Shown: positions 10,631 to 19,879 of the stretch, piece after piece
How the letters are laid out: the number at the start of each line of letters is the position of its first letter
How positions within the stretch are numbered: the stretch's first letter is position 1
Assembly: GCF_013365495.1 (NCBI RefSeq)
Contig: NZ_CP046580.1
Coordinates: 630,001 to 662,000 of the forward strand
DNA: 32,000 nt
DNA from: Candidatus Saccharimonadota bacterium
GTDB taxonomy: Bacteria > Pseudomonadota > Alphaproteobacteria > Rickettsiales > Anaplasmataceae
Direction of reading: 5' to 3'
Translations under genes and position numbers: made by a program
Notes under the pieces: generated by a model
The model's database searches: none
Told to the model about the DNA's origin: nothing
What the model saw: only the letters and a program-made list of their open reading frames with translations

Positions 10631-12043
10631 TTACAAAACTTTACTTTCTTCCATACAATGAGCCAAGTCAAGAAAGGTAAATCTGTCTCTTGCTGTAAAT
10701 GCAATACTAACCACTTTGCAATATTGCTCCTTATCCCAACCTAGATGCTCTGGTAAATGTGGAATTGACAAATCTTCAAACATTTTTTTTAAACGTTTTG
10801 CAGGCAATAAATTTTGCCTAATTAAACTAGAAATATTATTCCATTCTTTATGAACAATCTCTTTAATTTTGTGCTGCAAAACTTGTTTCCGCTTTAAAAT
10901 TTTTATAAATTCAGTATTACCAAAGCACTCCATCATCCAAGTAGTACTATATTGATTCACTTTCTGAACTTTAGCATTCGATATTGGAATAACACTAAAA
11001 TAATTCATTGGTTTAATGATTGGATTGTGCATTGATAATATCTTTTCTTGTAAATTAGCCATGGTAGTCATTGTAACAGCAATCTTTTCACCATGTAATG
11101 AAGAAGAATAATCTCTTGTTACCATTTCCATTGTGTGAGCTATCATATGCTCTCCCTGACTTGCAGAATAGCTACCTTTTGACATTACCATTCCAAGTCC
11201 TGAAATGAGTAAAGCTTCCATAAGTAATAAAACCACTTTTTTACTTCTTTCTGCAAGCGCTAAATACTCCCTAAGTAAAATTTCTTCCAAATCACGAACA
11301 AGTGAAAAAGGCAATTCATTATATTCTGTACCAAGTAGTAGATGAGATAACAACCAATCAGCTTGCACTGTTGAACGACAAATAAAATCTGCAAATCCGC
11401 TCAATGTCAAGCGTAGTGGTGCATTAGTAATTATATTAGTATCAATATATATTGCTTTTGGGAGATGTGCCACAAAAGATTTTTTATACCCATCAACTAA
11501 AATAGAAGCATTTGCAGAAGTATACCCATTCATAGAAGCAGCTGTTGGAAAAGATATATAGTTCTTACCTTCAAGATAGCTTGCATACTTACAAATATCA
11601 TTAATAGTACCACTACCAAGTGCAACTATTAGGTCACTATCCTTCGCCTTATTTCTAACTAAATTAACAATTTCAAGAGATGCAGACATATTTAGAGTAA
11701 CTTCTCTACCTGATATCATTCTAGCACTCGACACTGGAATCCATACTTTTTTTTCCTTAATCTTGGTATCAGAAAATTGAGATAATAAAATTTTAGAAGT
11801 ATTTAAAATAACATAAGGCTTTGTAACAGGTCTAATAATATTGCTAGGAATTATTAAGTGAGAAATTTTATTAAATATATTTTTACTTAAAAATTCTGCT
11901 GTATTTTCATCCGCAACCAAAAAAATGTCATTCCCATACTGCATGCATATTTCATGTATATTATCAACAAGATGATGATCTACTATTATTTCCCCTATGA
12001 GGGTTTGTTTAGCTTGATGTAATATTTGCTTTAAATAATGCAT
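10631..12043 (-). CDS. Fe-ADH_2 / glycerol-1-phosphate-dehydrogenase-like oxidoreductase (dehydroquinate-synthase-like fold)
   Basis: 470 aa. Contains the nucleotide-binding motif DLIVALGSGTINDICKY, a metal-site region (ASQGEHMIAHTMEM...LHGEKIAV) and a C-terminal ...ARDRFTFLDLA tail typical of the AraM/EgsA family. The family call is from motif memory only and the substrate is unknown. Confidence 0.6.
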   Translation of the reverse strand: MHYLKQILHQAKQTLIGEIIVDHHLVDNIHEICMQYGNDIFLVADENTAEFLSKNIFNKISHLIIPSNIIRPVTKPYVILNTSKILLSQFSDTKIKEKKVWIPVSSARMISGREVTLNMSASLEIVNLVRNKAKDSDLIVALGSGTINDICKYASYLEGKNYISFPTAASMNGYTSANASILVDGYKKSFVAHLPKAIYIDTNIITNAPLRLTLSGFADFICRSTVQADWLLSHLLLGTEYNELPFSLVRDLEEILLREYLALAERSKKVVLLLMEALLISGLGMVMSKGSYSASQGEHMIAHTMEMVTRDYSSSLHGEKIAVTMTTMANLQEKILSMHNPIIKPMNYFSVIPISNAKVQKVNQYSTTWMMECFGNTEFIKILKRKQVLQHKIKEIVHKEWNNISSLIRQNLLPAKRLKKMFEDLSIPHLPEHLGWDKEQYCKVVSIAFTARDRFTFLDLAHCMEESKVL

Positions 12044-12083
12044 AGAATGTTTACAATATAGTATTCAGTATTTTAAAGTTGGT

Positions 12084-13289
12084 ATGAAGATTGATCCTGT
12101 AGAGCTAACTAAAAAGTTAATTTCTTTTAAGAGTATAACACCAAAAGACAATGGAGCAATAGAACATATAGCAGCAATTCTCAAGAAAAGTGGTTTTAAG
12201 TGTGAAATTTTAGAGTTTGGCAGTAACGAAGATAAGGTTAAAAATCTCTATGCAAAATATATAAATGGAGTGCCAAATCTATGTTTTGCTGGACATATCG
12301 ATGTTGTATCACCAGGTCAACTAAAAGATTGGATATCTGATCCATTTAATCCAAAAATTAAGGATGGGATATTATATGGAAGAGGAGCAGCTGATATGAA
12401 AAGCGGAATAGCTGCATTTATTGCTGCTATGGTAAATTTTATTATAGAAAAATTCCAATTCAATGGTTCTATAAGTGCACTAATTACTAGTGCTGAAGAA
12501 AGCATGGAAGAATATGGAACAAAAGCAGTTTTAGAATGGATGGAAAGTAACCAAAAAAAAATGGACTATTGTGTTATTGCTGAACCAACCAGTAGTAAAA
12601 AATTAGGTGATACTATAAAAATAGGCAGAAGAGGATCTGTAACATTTAAATTAATTTGTCACGGAAAACAAGGACATGTTGCTTATCCAGACCTAGCTGA
12701 CAATCCAATATATAAAATGATGTCAATATTGAACAAAATAAGAAACACTACCTTTGATAGAGGCAACAAATATTTTCAGCCTTCAAATTGTGAAGTCACT
12801 ACTATTGACGTAGGAAATAATATTACTAATTTAATACCTAATTTAATAGTTGCAAATTTTAACATTCGATATAACAATATACAAACACCTGACAATTTAT
12901 ACAAGTTAATCAATGAAATATGTTCTAGTGTAACTGAAAATTATAAACTCTATATTTATAATAGTAGAGGTGTTTTTCTCTCTGTTCCAGATAAAAACAC
13001 TGACATCATGCTTAATGCAATAAATAAAGTCACTAATATCGATGCTGTGATGAGTACAAGTGGCGGCACCTCTGACGCTGCATTTATCAAAAATTTTTGT
13101 CCAGTGATTGAATTCGGTATGATCAATAAAACTGCACACCAAGTAAATGAATGCGTATCAGTGGATGATATACATAAATTAACTGCTATATATAAGGAAT
13201 TTATAAAAAATTACCTCTACCCTACTAACAAGATATTAAATCAAATTAATATAATTAGTAATATTCCTAACGGCCCATTATTAGCTTAA
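12084..13289 (+). CDS. dapE: Succinyl-diaminopimelate desuccinylase (M20 peptidase family)
   Basis: 401 aa with LISFKSITPKDNG, CFAGHIDVVSPG...W..DPF, LYGRGAADMKSGIAAF and SAEES. These match DapE metal-binding and catalytic motifs. Confidence 0.88.
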   Translation: MKIDPVELTKKLISFKSITPKDNGAIEHIAAILKKSGFKCEILEFGSNEDKVKNLYAKYINGVPNLCFAGHIDVVSPGQLKDWISDPFNPKIKDGILYGRGAADMKSGIAAFIAAMVNFIIEKFQFNGSISALITSAEESMEEYGTKAVLEWMESNQKKMDYCVIAEPTSSKKLGDTIKIGRRGSVTFKLICHGKQGHVAYPDLADNPIYKMMSILNKIRNTTFDRGNKYFQPSNCEVTTIDVGNNITNLIPNLIVANFNIRYNNIQTPDNLYKLINEICSSVTENYKLYIYNSRGVFLSVPDKNTDIMLNAINKVTNIDAVMSTSGGTSDAAFIKNFCPVIEFGMINKTAHQVNECVSVDDIHKLTAIYKEFIKNYLYPTNKILNQINIISNIPNGPLLA

Positions 13290-13353
13290 GATATATCCAA
13301 AATTAGTAAGAATAGTAAATTAGAAATAAATTTTAAAGAAAAATAAAGAAAAC

Positions 13354-13382
13354 TTGCATATAAATTTATCACGTGATAGAAT
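13354..13382 (+). promoter_or_regulatory. Putative sigma-70 promoter of the peroxiredoxin-trxB operon, with an embedded 12-bp perfect palindrome
   Basis: TTGCAT (13354-13359), a 17-nt spacer, then TAGAAT (13377-13382), about 30 nt upstream of the AAAGAGG RBS and the ATG at 13413. The palindrome TATCACGTGATA (13367-13378) spans the spacer and -10 element. This is sequence pattern only, with no experimental support. Confidence 0.4.
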
Positions 13383-13412
13383 AATAACCATCTAAAATTA
13401 AAGAGGTTAATT

Positions 13413-14012
13413 ATGAATCTTGTGACAAAATCTGCTATCGATTTTACTGCTCCTGCTGTTCTCTCTGATGGAGAAATAGTTGATAATTTTTGTCTAAGCA
13501 AGCATATAAAAGATAAATATGCTGTTCTTTTTTTCTACCCACTCAATTTTACTTTTGTCTGTCCAACTGAATTAATATCGTTTAGTAATAAAATAGAAGA
13601 CTTTTCAAAACGTGGTGTTGAAGTCATAGGAGTAAGCATAGACTCAAAATTTTCACATTGTAAATGGCGAGAAACTCCAGTAAACGAGGCTGGTATTGGA
13701 GAAATTAGTTATACTTTAGTATCTGACATTAAAAAGTCTATATCAAGAGACTACGAAGTATTATATGATCACTCAATTGCACTCAGAGGAACTTTTATTA
13801 TTGATGATGAGTTTATTGTACGTCATCAATCAATAAACGATTTACCTCTAGGACGTAATATCGATGAGTTCATTAGAATTATTGATGCAATTAAGCATAA
13901 TAAGGAATATGGAGAAGTATGTCCAGCAGGATGGAAAAAAGGAAAGGCAGCTATTCAAGCAAGCAAAGAAGGGGTAGCTGACTATTTGAATTCATATAGT
14001 GAAGAATTATAG
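13413..14012 (+). CDS. Typical 2-Cys peroxiredoxin (AhpC/TSA family)
   Basis: 199 aa with the peroxidatic-Cys motif FTFVCPTE and resolving-Cys motif GEVCPAGW. A good RBS (aaagagg) lies 7 nt upstream. Confidence 0.92.
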   Translation: MNLVTKSAIDFTAPAVLSDGEIVDNFCLSKHIKDKYAVLFFYPLNFTFVCPTELISFSNKIEDFSKRGVEVIGVSIDSKFSHCKWRETPVNEAGIGEISYTLVSDIKKSISRDYEVLYDHSIALRGTFIIDDEFIVRHQSINDLPLGRNIDEFIRIIDAIKHNKEYGEVCPAGWKKGKAAIQASKEGVADYLNSYSEEL

Positions 14013-14972
14013 ATGAATCTATTTAGCACAAAGGTTCTCATTATCGGCTCTGGAGTAGCTGGCTACGCTGCTGCTATATATGCGGCACGCGCAAATTTAG
14101 AACCAATCGTAGTCACAGGAATGCAACCTGGTGGTCAGCTTACGATTGCTACAAATGTAGAAAACTATCCTGGTTTCATTTCAATACAAGGTCCAGAGCT
14201 TATGAAACAAAATAGGCTACATGCAGAAAAATTTGGTGCAAAAATAGTAGATGATGAAATAAAGAGTATTGAACAACTTAACAGCTCTAATGAACATAGA
14301 TTTAAATTTCTTGGTAATATTAATAATTATTACTCAGCCACGATTATAATTGCATCCGGCGCACAAGCAAAATGGCTTGGTCTTAAAAGTGAAAAAGAGT
14401 TTCAAGGTTATGGAGTTTCAACTTGTGCAACTTGTGATGGTGCATTTTTTAAAAATAAAGTTGTAGCTGTAGTTGGTGGAGGAAATACTTCTGTTGAAGA
14501 AGCAATATTTTTAACTCGATTCGCTAAAGAAGTAATACTAATACATAGACGCAATAAATTAAAAGCAGAAAAAGTGATGCAAGATAGACTTTTTAAAAAA
14601 GACAAGATAAAAATAATGTGGAATTATGCTGTAGAGCAAATTCTTGGAGAAGAAAATCCAAAAAGAGTAACTGGTATTATTATTAAATCAACAAAAACTA
14701 ATAAAACTCAAGAATTAAAAATAGATGGGGTATTTATTGCAATTGGATACACACCAAATACAAATATTTTAAGAGGTTTTGTTGAAATAGACCAGCAAGG
14801 TTATGTAATCACAAAACCTGGTACAACTCTAACTAGTAAAGCAGGAGTATTTGCTGCAGGTGATGTTCAAGACAAGGTATATAGACAGGCAGTAGTTGCA
14901 GCAGCCACAGGATGTATGGCTGCACTTGATGCAGAAAAGTTTCTAGAGTCAATACCAAAACCTAAAACCTAA
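14013..14972 (+). CDS. trxB: Thioredoxin reductase
   Basis: 319 aa with FAD motif IIGSGVAGYAAAIYAARA, redox-active CATCDG, NADPH motif VVGGGNTSVEEA and GVFAAGDV. The ATG directly abuts the peroxiredoxin stop. Confidence 0.95.
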   Translation: MNLFSTKVLIIGSGVAGYAAAIYAARANLEPIVVTGMQPGGQLTIATNVENYPGFISIQGPELMKQNRLHAEKFGAKIVDDEIKSIEQLNSSNEHRFKFLGNINNYYSATIIIASGAQAKWLGLKSEKEFQGYGVSTCATCDGAFFKNKVVAVVGGGNTSVEEAIFLTRFAKEVILIHRRNKLKAEKVMQDRLFKKDKIKIMWNYAVEQILGEENPKRVTGIIIKSTKTNKTQELKIDGVFIAIGYTPNTNILRGFVEIDQQGYVITKPGTTLTSKAGVFAAGDVQDKVYRQAVVAAATGCMAALDAEKFLESIPKPKT

Positions 14973-16233
14973 AAATTAAAAATAAGAAACATGTAAAAAT
15001 AGCTCTATTAAAAAGTAAGATTAATGCTCTTTCTATAGAGAGTGTGTAGTACTAAGAAACATTACAATAGTTTTAAAGAAAAATATAATAAGCTGAATAA
15101 ATCTATTCCAAAAGTCTATAACTACCAGTAATAATAAATATTACATGTTAAAAAAAGTGTCTCAATACTACCTACCATTCAAAAAATAATAAACTATATA
15201 TGAAATATAACATACTAATAAGATATATTTCTAGACTTAAAGTAATAGCTGATATATATAATCAAAAGGAATTTTAATATAATATTAATTTATTAAACCA
15301 GAAATAATGAAAAAAAACCTCCTCAAAACGATGCCAACTAATATTAACAAAAAAATAAATTTAATTTTAAAGGGGTTATCTGCAATAAAGATTTGAGTTT
15401 TTAAATAAAATTAGAATTCCAAAAAATACAAAATCATTTATCGGTTATTTTGTAAAAAAAACACTTAGTAAAAGTACTCTTAAAAAAGAAGCTTACAAAA
15501 CAATATTTACTAAAATAACCTATTTAACCTGCCCCAAAATAAAACATATTGAATCTCATACAAGATTTATAAAATAAACATCTGCAAGTAAGAATTACTA
15601 AATAGTAAAGTTAGTCAATTTATAAAAACTTAACTTCATACAAAACTATATTTGTATAATCAGCACTCAATAAAGATAAATACTACGTTTAAATCTCTTG
15701 AATATTAACTAGAATCGCTATGGTATATGCTTAATAATAATATTCTCAAAGAGAAACATCCTCTTGCTTACTTCTTAAGTCTTGCAAAAAGTTTTTTTAT
15801 ATAAAACAAACAAGGACAAAACTTCATAACACCATCAAAACTTTTTAAGTGACAGTTTTTATTCCTTTATAAAATTTTATATAAAATCGATCAATGCTTT
15901 AGATAAATTCTTCTCTAATTAGTTAAATAAGAAGAACATAACCTTAGCTTATCTTGTACTACCATTTTATACACTAAAAAATTTTCCACTACCGACAAAT
16001 ACGTAGCGTTAAATCTTATATTGTCTATACCATTCTCAAACAATGAAACTAAATTCATCTTTCCTTCATTCAAACATACTACCCTCTCTCTCAAACAAAA
16101 AAAAGCAATATTCATTTTCAACATGAAACACCAAAAAAAAACTCACCAAACTTTTTAAGTCTTAAATATGACTTTAAATATCCCAAGTAAATAAAGCATT
16201 GTACCTAGCCATCATACTGATTTTAATATTAAT

Positions 16234-17631
16234 TTAAGTCCCCTTTTTAAAGAAAGCATTAATACATGCATCACGAAAGGTCTCATTTATATCAGGATGA
16301 GAGTGACAAATTCTATAAATATCTTCTGCTGCTGCACCATATGCCATTGCAACTGCTGCTTCATTAATTAACATACTAGCATATGCTCCTATAATATGTA
16401 CACCTAGTATCATATCCGTCTTATTACAAGTTAGTACTTTTACAAATCCTACGGTATCATTAAGAATTTTTGCTTTACTATTTGCAGCAAATTGACACTT
16501 GCCTACTTTATATTTTTGACCAGCAATTTTAAGTTCCTCTTCGGTTTTCCCGATTGAAGAAACCTCAGGATGAGTATAAATAACAGATGGTATGATTCCA
16601 TAATCAATATGAGGTGACTGTCCTGCTATTATCTCTGCAACTGCCATTCCTTCTTCTTCTGCCTTATGAGCAAGCATTATTCCACCAATTACATCACCAA
16701 TTGCAAATATTCCTTTTATATTAGTTTCATACCTATTATTAACTTGAATAAAACCATAATTATTTCTTTTTATTCTATCATCAATACCAAGGCCCTCAAC
16801 GTACGGTTTACGACCTACTGCAACAAGCACTTTATCTGCCTCTATAACACTTACTTGACTATCTTGAATGGAGCAAACTTTTATTTTTAACAAATTGTCA
16901 CTTTGTTTTATCTCTTCAACTTTAGTGTTCAGTAAAAACTTTATACCTTGCTTCTGTAAATTAAAAAACAAAGATTTACTCAATTCCCCATCCATGGATG
17001 TAGCAATTTTATCAAGAAACTCCACTATAATAACCTCAGACCCTAGTCTCTTCCATACAGAAGACATTTCAAGCCCTATTGCTCCAGCCCCAATTACAAC
17101 AATTCTTTTTGGTACTTCAGTTATAGATAGTGCACCAGTAGATGAAATAATATTTTTCTCATCAATACTAATTCTTGACAAAGAATTAACATCAGAACCA
17201 GTTGCAATTACTATATTCTTTGCTTTGAATGTCTTACCTTCAACAGAAACTTCAAGGTTACTTTGATTAAAAGAAGTAATTTTTCCAATTCCATTAATTT
17301 TAGCAATTCTATAAAAATTAAAGAGGTATTCTATTCCTTCCCCTAATTCTTTAATTATGGCATTCTTATATTCCAACATTTTTTTTAAAGAAAAACTTAC
17401 ATCCTTGATTCTTATACCAAGTTTTAGCAAATTATTTTTTATATAAACATACTGATAAGAAGAATAAAGTAAAGCTTTAGAAGGTATACACCCAACTCTC
17501 AAACATGTACCTCCAAAAACGCTGTTTTTATCTATACAAGCAACATTTAATCCAAGTTTTGCAGCTATAATGGCACACTTATAACCCCCTGGGCCGCCAC
17601 CTATAACAATTAGATCATAATAATCAGTCAT
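16234..17631 (-). CDS. lpdA: Dihydrolipoyl dehydrogenase (E3 component)
   Basis: 465 aa with VIGGGPGGYKCAI, redox disulfide GGTCLRVGCIPSK, and the HPDINE-type C-terminal His-Glu motif (AHPTxxE equivalent: SHPDINETF). Confidence 0.93.
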   Translation of the reverse strand: MTDYYDLIVIGGGPGGYKCAIIAAKLGLNVACIDKNSVFGGTCLRVGCIPSKALLYSSYQYVYIKNNLLKLGIRIKDVSFSLKKMLEYKNAIIKELGEGIEYLFNFYRIAKINGIGKITSFNQSNLEVSVEGKTFKAKNIVIATGSDVNSLSRISIDEKNIISSTGALSITEVPKRIVVIGAGAIGLEMSSVWKRLGSEVIIVEFLDKIATSMDGELSKSLFFNLQKQGIKFLLNTKVEEIKQSDNLLKIKVCSIQDSQVSVIEADKVLVAVGRKPYVEGLGIDDRIKRNNYGFIQVNNRYETNIKGIFAIGDVIGGIMLAHKAEEEGMAVAEIIAGQSPHIDYGIIPSVIYTHPEVSSIGKTEEELKIAGQKYKVGKCQFAANSKAKILNDTVGFVKVLTCNKTDMILGVHIIGAYASMLINEAAVAMAYGAAAEDIYRICHSHPDINETFRDACINAFFKKGT

Positions 17632-18514
17632 AAAAAATGAACCTATTTTCTAAAGAAAAAGAACCATTTCCCTCAGTTGTTATATATATTTTATTACGAG
17701 AAAATACTGGAGCATGAAACACCTTACCAGGTATTCCAATTATTTTTCTTATATTTTTTAATTCAGGAAAAGTAAATATTAAAATTAAGCCTCTATTACT
17801 TGTTACCCATAGCGTATTGGCATACATAATTAAAGCAAATAATTGCACGTTGTTGTTCTTTACTAAATTAGACACCCAGACCGTTTCTCCACTTTTTATA
17901 TCAATACCAATTATTTTATTATCTTTAGTAATCATAAATATTCTACCACCATCTTTTTGTTCTTTTGTAGCAATAGAGAAACCGTAATATGGTACAACAT
18001 TTGATAAACTTTTTATTTGCAATGATTTTGACCATAAAATATTCCCTGATTTTACGTCAATACCATATACATAAGAATTATTTGTAACAACTAAAACACC
18101 ATTAAATACTCTTGGTGTAGTAGTTATATCTGTAAACTGTGTATCTAAAAGACTTACAGACAATTTTTGATCCCACAATTTTTTACCACTTTCATCAAAA
18201 GCTATTAATTCGCCATTTGAAAATGGCACCACTATTTCATTATTAATAATTACAGGTGATATAGAATATAAACCACGAACCTCATTAATTCCATTTTGGT
18301 AAGCCCAAATTAAACTACCATCATTTATATTAAAGGTATATAAATAGTTATCAATAGTTAATACTATCAATTTATCATGTATTACTACTCCCTTTCCTCT
18401 AACTGGAGCTCTCAGTTTTTTCTCCCATTGAATTTTACCAGTCCTTCCATCTATTAGATACAAAATGTTATTCACAATAAAGAAAATATTATCTCCATAA
18501 TTTGATAAACTCAT
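17624..18514 (-). CDS. PQQ-like beta-propeller repeat protein, BamB/YfgL-like, C-terminal 296 aa of a split gene
   Basis: Repeated G-x3-W blades (GRTGKIQWEKKL, NDGSLIWAYQ, ESGKKLWDQKL, KSGNILWSKSL, KSGETVWVSNL). It has no signal peptide of its own. Its 3' end overlaps the lpdA start by 8 nt. Confidence 0.65.
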   Translation of the reverse strand: MSLSNYGDNIFFIVNNILYLIDGRTGKIQWEKKLRAPVRGKGVVIHDKLIVLTIDNYLYTFNINDGSLIWAYQNGINEVRGLYSISPVIINNEIVVPFSNGELIAFDESGKKLWDQKLSVSLLDTQFTDITTTPRVFNGVLVVTNNSYVYGIDVKSGNILWSKSLQIKSLSNVVPYYGFSIATKEQKDGGRIFMITKDNKIIGIDIKSGETVWVSNLVKNNNVQLFALIMYANTLWVTSNRGLILIFTFPELKNIRKIIGIPGKVFHAPVFSRNKIYITTEGNGSFSLENRFIFYD

Positions 18515-18515
18515 A

Positions 18516-18746
18516 TTACCAATTTTTTTTTTGTGAAAAGCGCAACTTCCAATTCATAATCCTTAAATTATCAACATCAAAAGAATATAAAGCACCATAT
18601 TTATCTACCATAATAACATTATTTTCTACAATAACAGGAGCCACATATCCCTGCGATAATTTTTTCTTATTTATTAAACTTATTTTCTCACTTGCCATTG
18701 TATAATTACTAAACAACAACATTATTATAACAATAATTACCTTCAT
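18516..18746 (-). CDS. N-terminal 76-aa fragment (signal peptide plus first blade) of the same BamB-like gene
   Basis: MKVIIVIIMLLFSNYTMASE looks like a Sec signal. ...VMVDKYGALYSFDVDN is a propeller-blade sequence. The ORF ends 1 nt before the ATG of the downstream ORF, just after an A10 run. Confidence 0.55.
   Translation of the reverse strand: MKVIIVIIMLLFSNYTMASEKISLINKKKLSQGYVAPVIVENNVIMVDKYGALYSFDVDNLRIMNWKLRFSQKKNW
18523..18532. repeat. Homopolymer T10 (A10 on the coding strand) at the BamB-like frame break
   Basis: Read directly: ...attacc aa TTTTTTTTTT gtgaaaag... With A9 the coding strand reads TCA CAA AAA AAA ATT GGT AAT ATG AGT, which is in frame with the downstream ORF. Confidence 0.95.
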
Positions 18747-19171
18747 TACTTATCAAACACACAACTTATTGACATATATATTAAAATACAGCCACAATAA
18801 ATCTTTTTATGGTACATTAAAAATAATATCTTAGTTTAATAACAATATTTACAAACCTTTATATCTAATCTCCCATTCACAAATACAAAAAAAGTAATGG
18901 ATAATTTTTATTCATGAAAATAACGCCTTATCCTATTTTGATAAGTATATTTTAACCAAAAAACTAAATAATTCAGATACTAACTATATGATATACATTA
19001 CCAGCTGCACAAGATATTAAATACCTTACAATTTTCATTGTAAAGAAATCAATAAGCCTGTCAAGCAGTAATTTCACCTCATTTCCAGCTATGATATTAC
19101 TTAATTAAATTAATGACTATTAAAAAAACTAATAACATGTATTATAATCTATAAATGACTTTTGAGGTAGT

Positions 19172-19879
19172 ATGAAACTAGGCGTTAATATTGACCATAT
19201 TGCAACTCTTCGCAATGCACGAGGAACTTCTTATCCAGATCTATTAAAAGCAGCAGAAATAGCCACCGATGCTGGAGCAGATTTTATCACTGTTCACCTA
19301 CGAGAAGACAGAAGACATATTAAAGATGAAGATGTATTTAACTTAAAAAAACATATCAAAACTAAACTTAATCTTGAAATTGCAGCTACAGAAGAAATGC
19401 TTAAAATTGCAAAAAAAGTAAAACCTTATTCGATTAATATAGTACCAGAAAAAAGAGAAGAATTAACAACAGAAGGTGGTTTGGATATAATTAATACGTA
19501 TAACAAACTTTCTAATATAATAAAAGAAATACATAGTACTGGCATAAAAGTTTCACTATTTATCAATCCAAGTATCAATCAACTAAAATACCTTGAAAAA
19601 CTAGAAAAAAAGCCTGACATAATAGAAATTCATACAGGAGATTACTGTAACAATTCATCAGAGGAAGAATTAAAACTAATTAATAATGCTGCAGAGTACA
19701 TAAACAAACTAAAAATAGAGTGTCACGCAGGACACGGTATAACCTGTACACACGCTAAAAAAATAAAAAAAATACCTTACATCTTAGCTCTTAATGTTGG
19801 CCATTTCTTAATCAGCGAAGCTATATTTTACAGCTTATACAGCACAGTAAAAAAAATGAAAATGATAATATCTAACTAA
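19172..19879 (+). CDS. pdxJ: Pyridoxine 5'-phosphate synthase
   Basis: 235 aa with [23 protein letters not shown]...[12 protein letters not shown]...IEIHTG...GHG. Confidence 0.93.
   Translation: MKLGVNIDHIATLRNARGTSYPDLLKAAEIATDAGADFITVHLREDRRHIKDEDVFNLKKHIKTKLNLEIAATEEMLKIAKKVKPYSINIVPEKREELTTEGGLDIINTYNKLSNIIKEIHSTGIKVSLFINPSINQLKYLEKLEKKPDIIEIHTGDYCNNSSEEELKLINNAAEYINKLKIECHAGHGITCTHAKKIKKIPYILALNVGHFLISEAIFYSLYSTVKKMKMIISN

Noticed and set aside
15915-16124. 69-aa minus-strand ORF in the trxB-lpdA spacer.
   Set aside because: It has no recognisable domain, signal or RBS and is isolated in AT-rich spacer. It could be a small hypothetical protein, but nothing in the sequence supports calling it.
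15770-16160. Three copies of an ACTT-N3-AAGT inverted-repeat motif (aCTTcTTAAGT at 15770, aCTTTTTAAGT at 15840 and 16150), the last two within a shared 13-mer AAACTTTTTAAGT.
   Set aside because: A 4-3-4 AT-rich palindrome and one 13-mer match within 1.2 kb of roughly 75% AT DNA are about what chance predicts, by my rough estimate. There is no positional link to a promoter.
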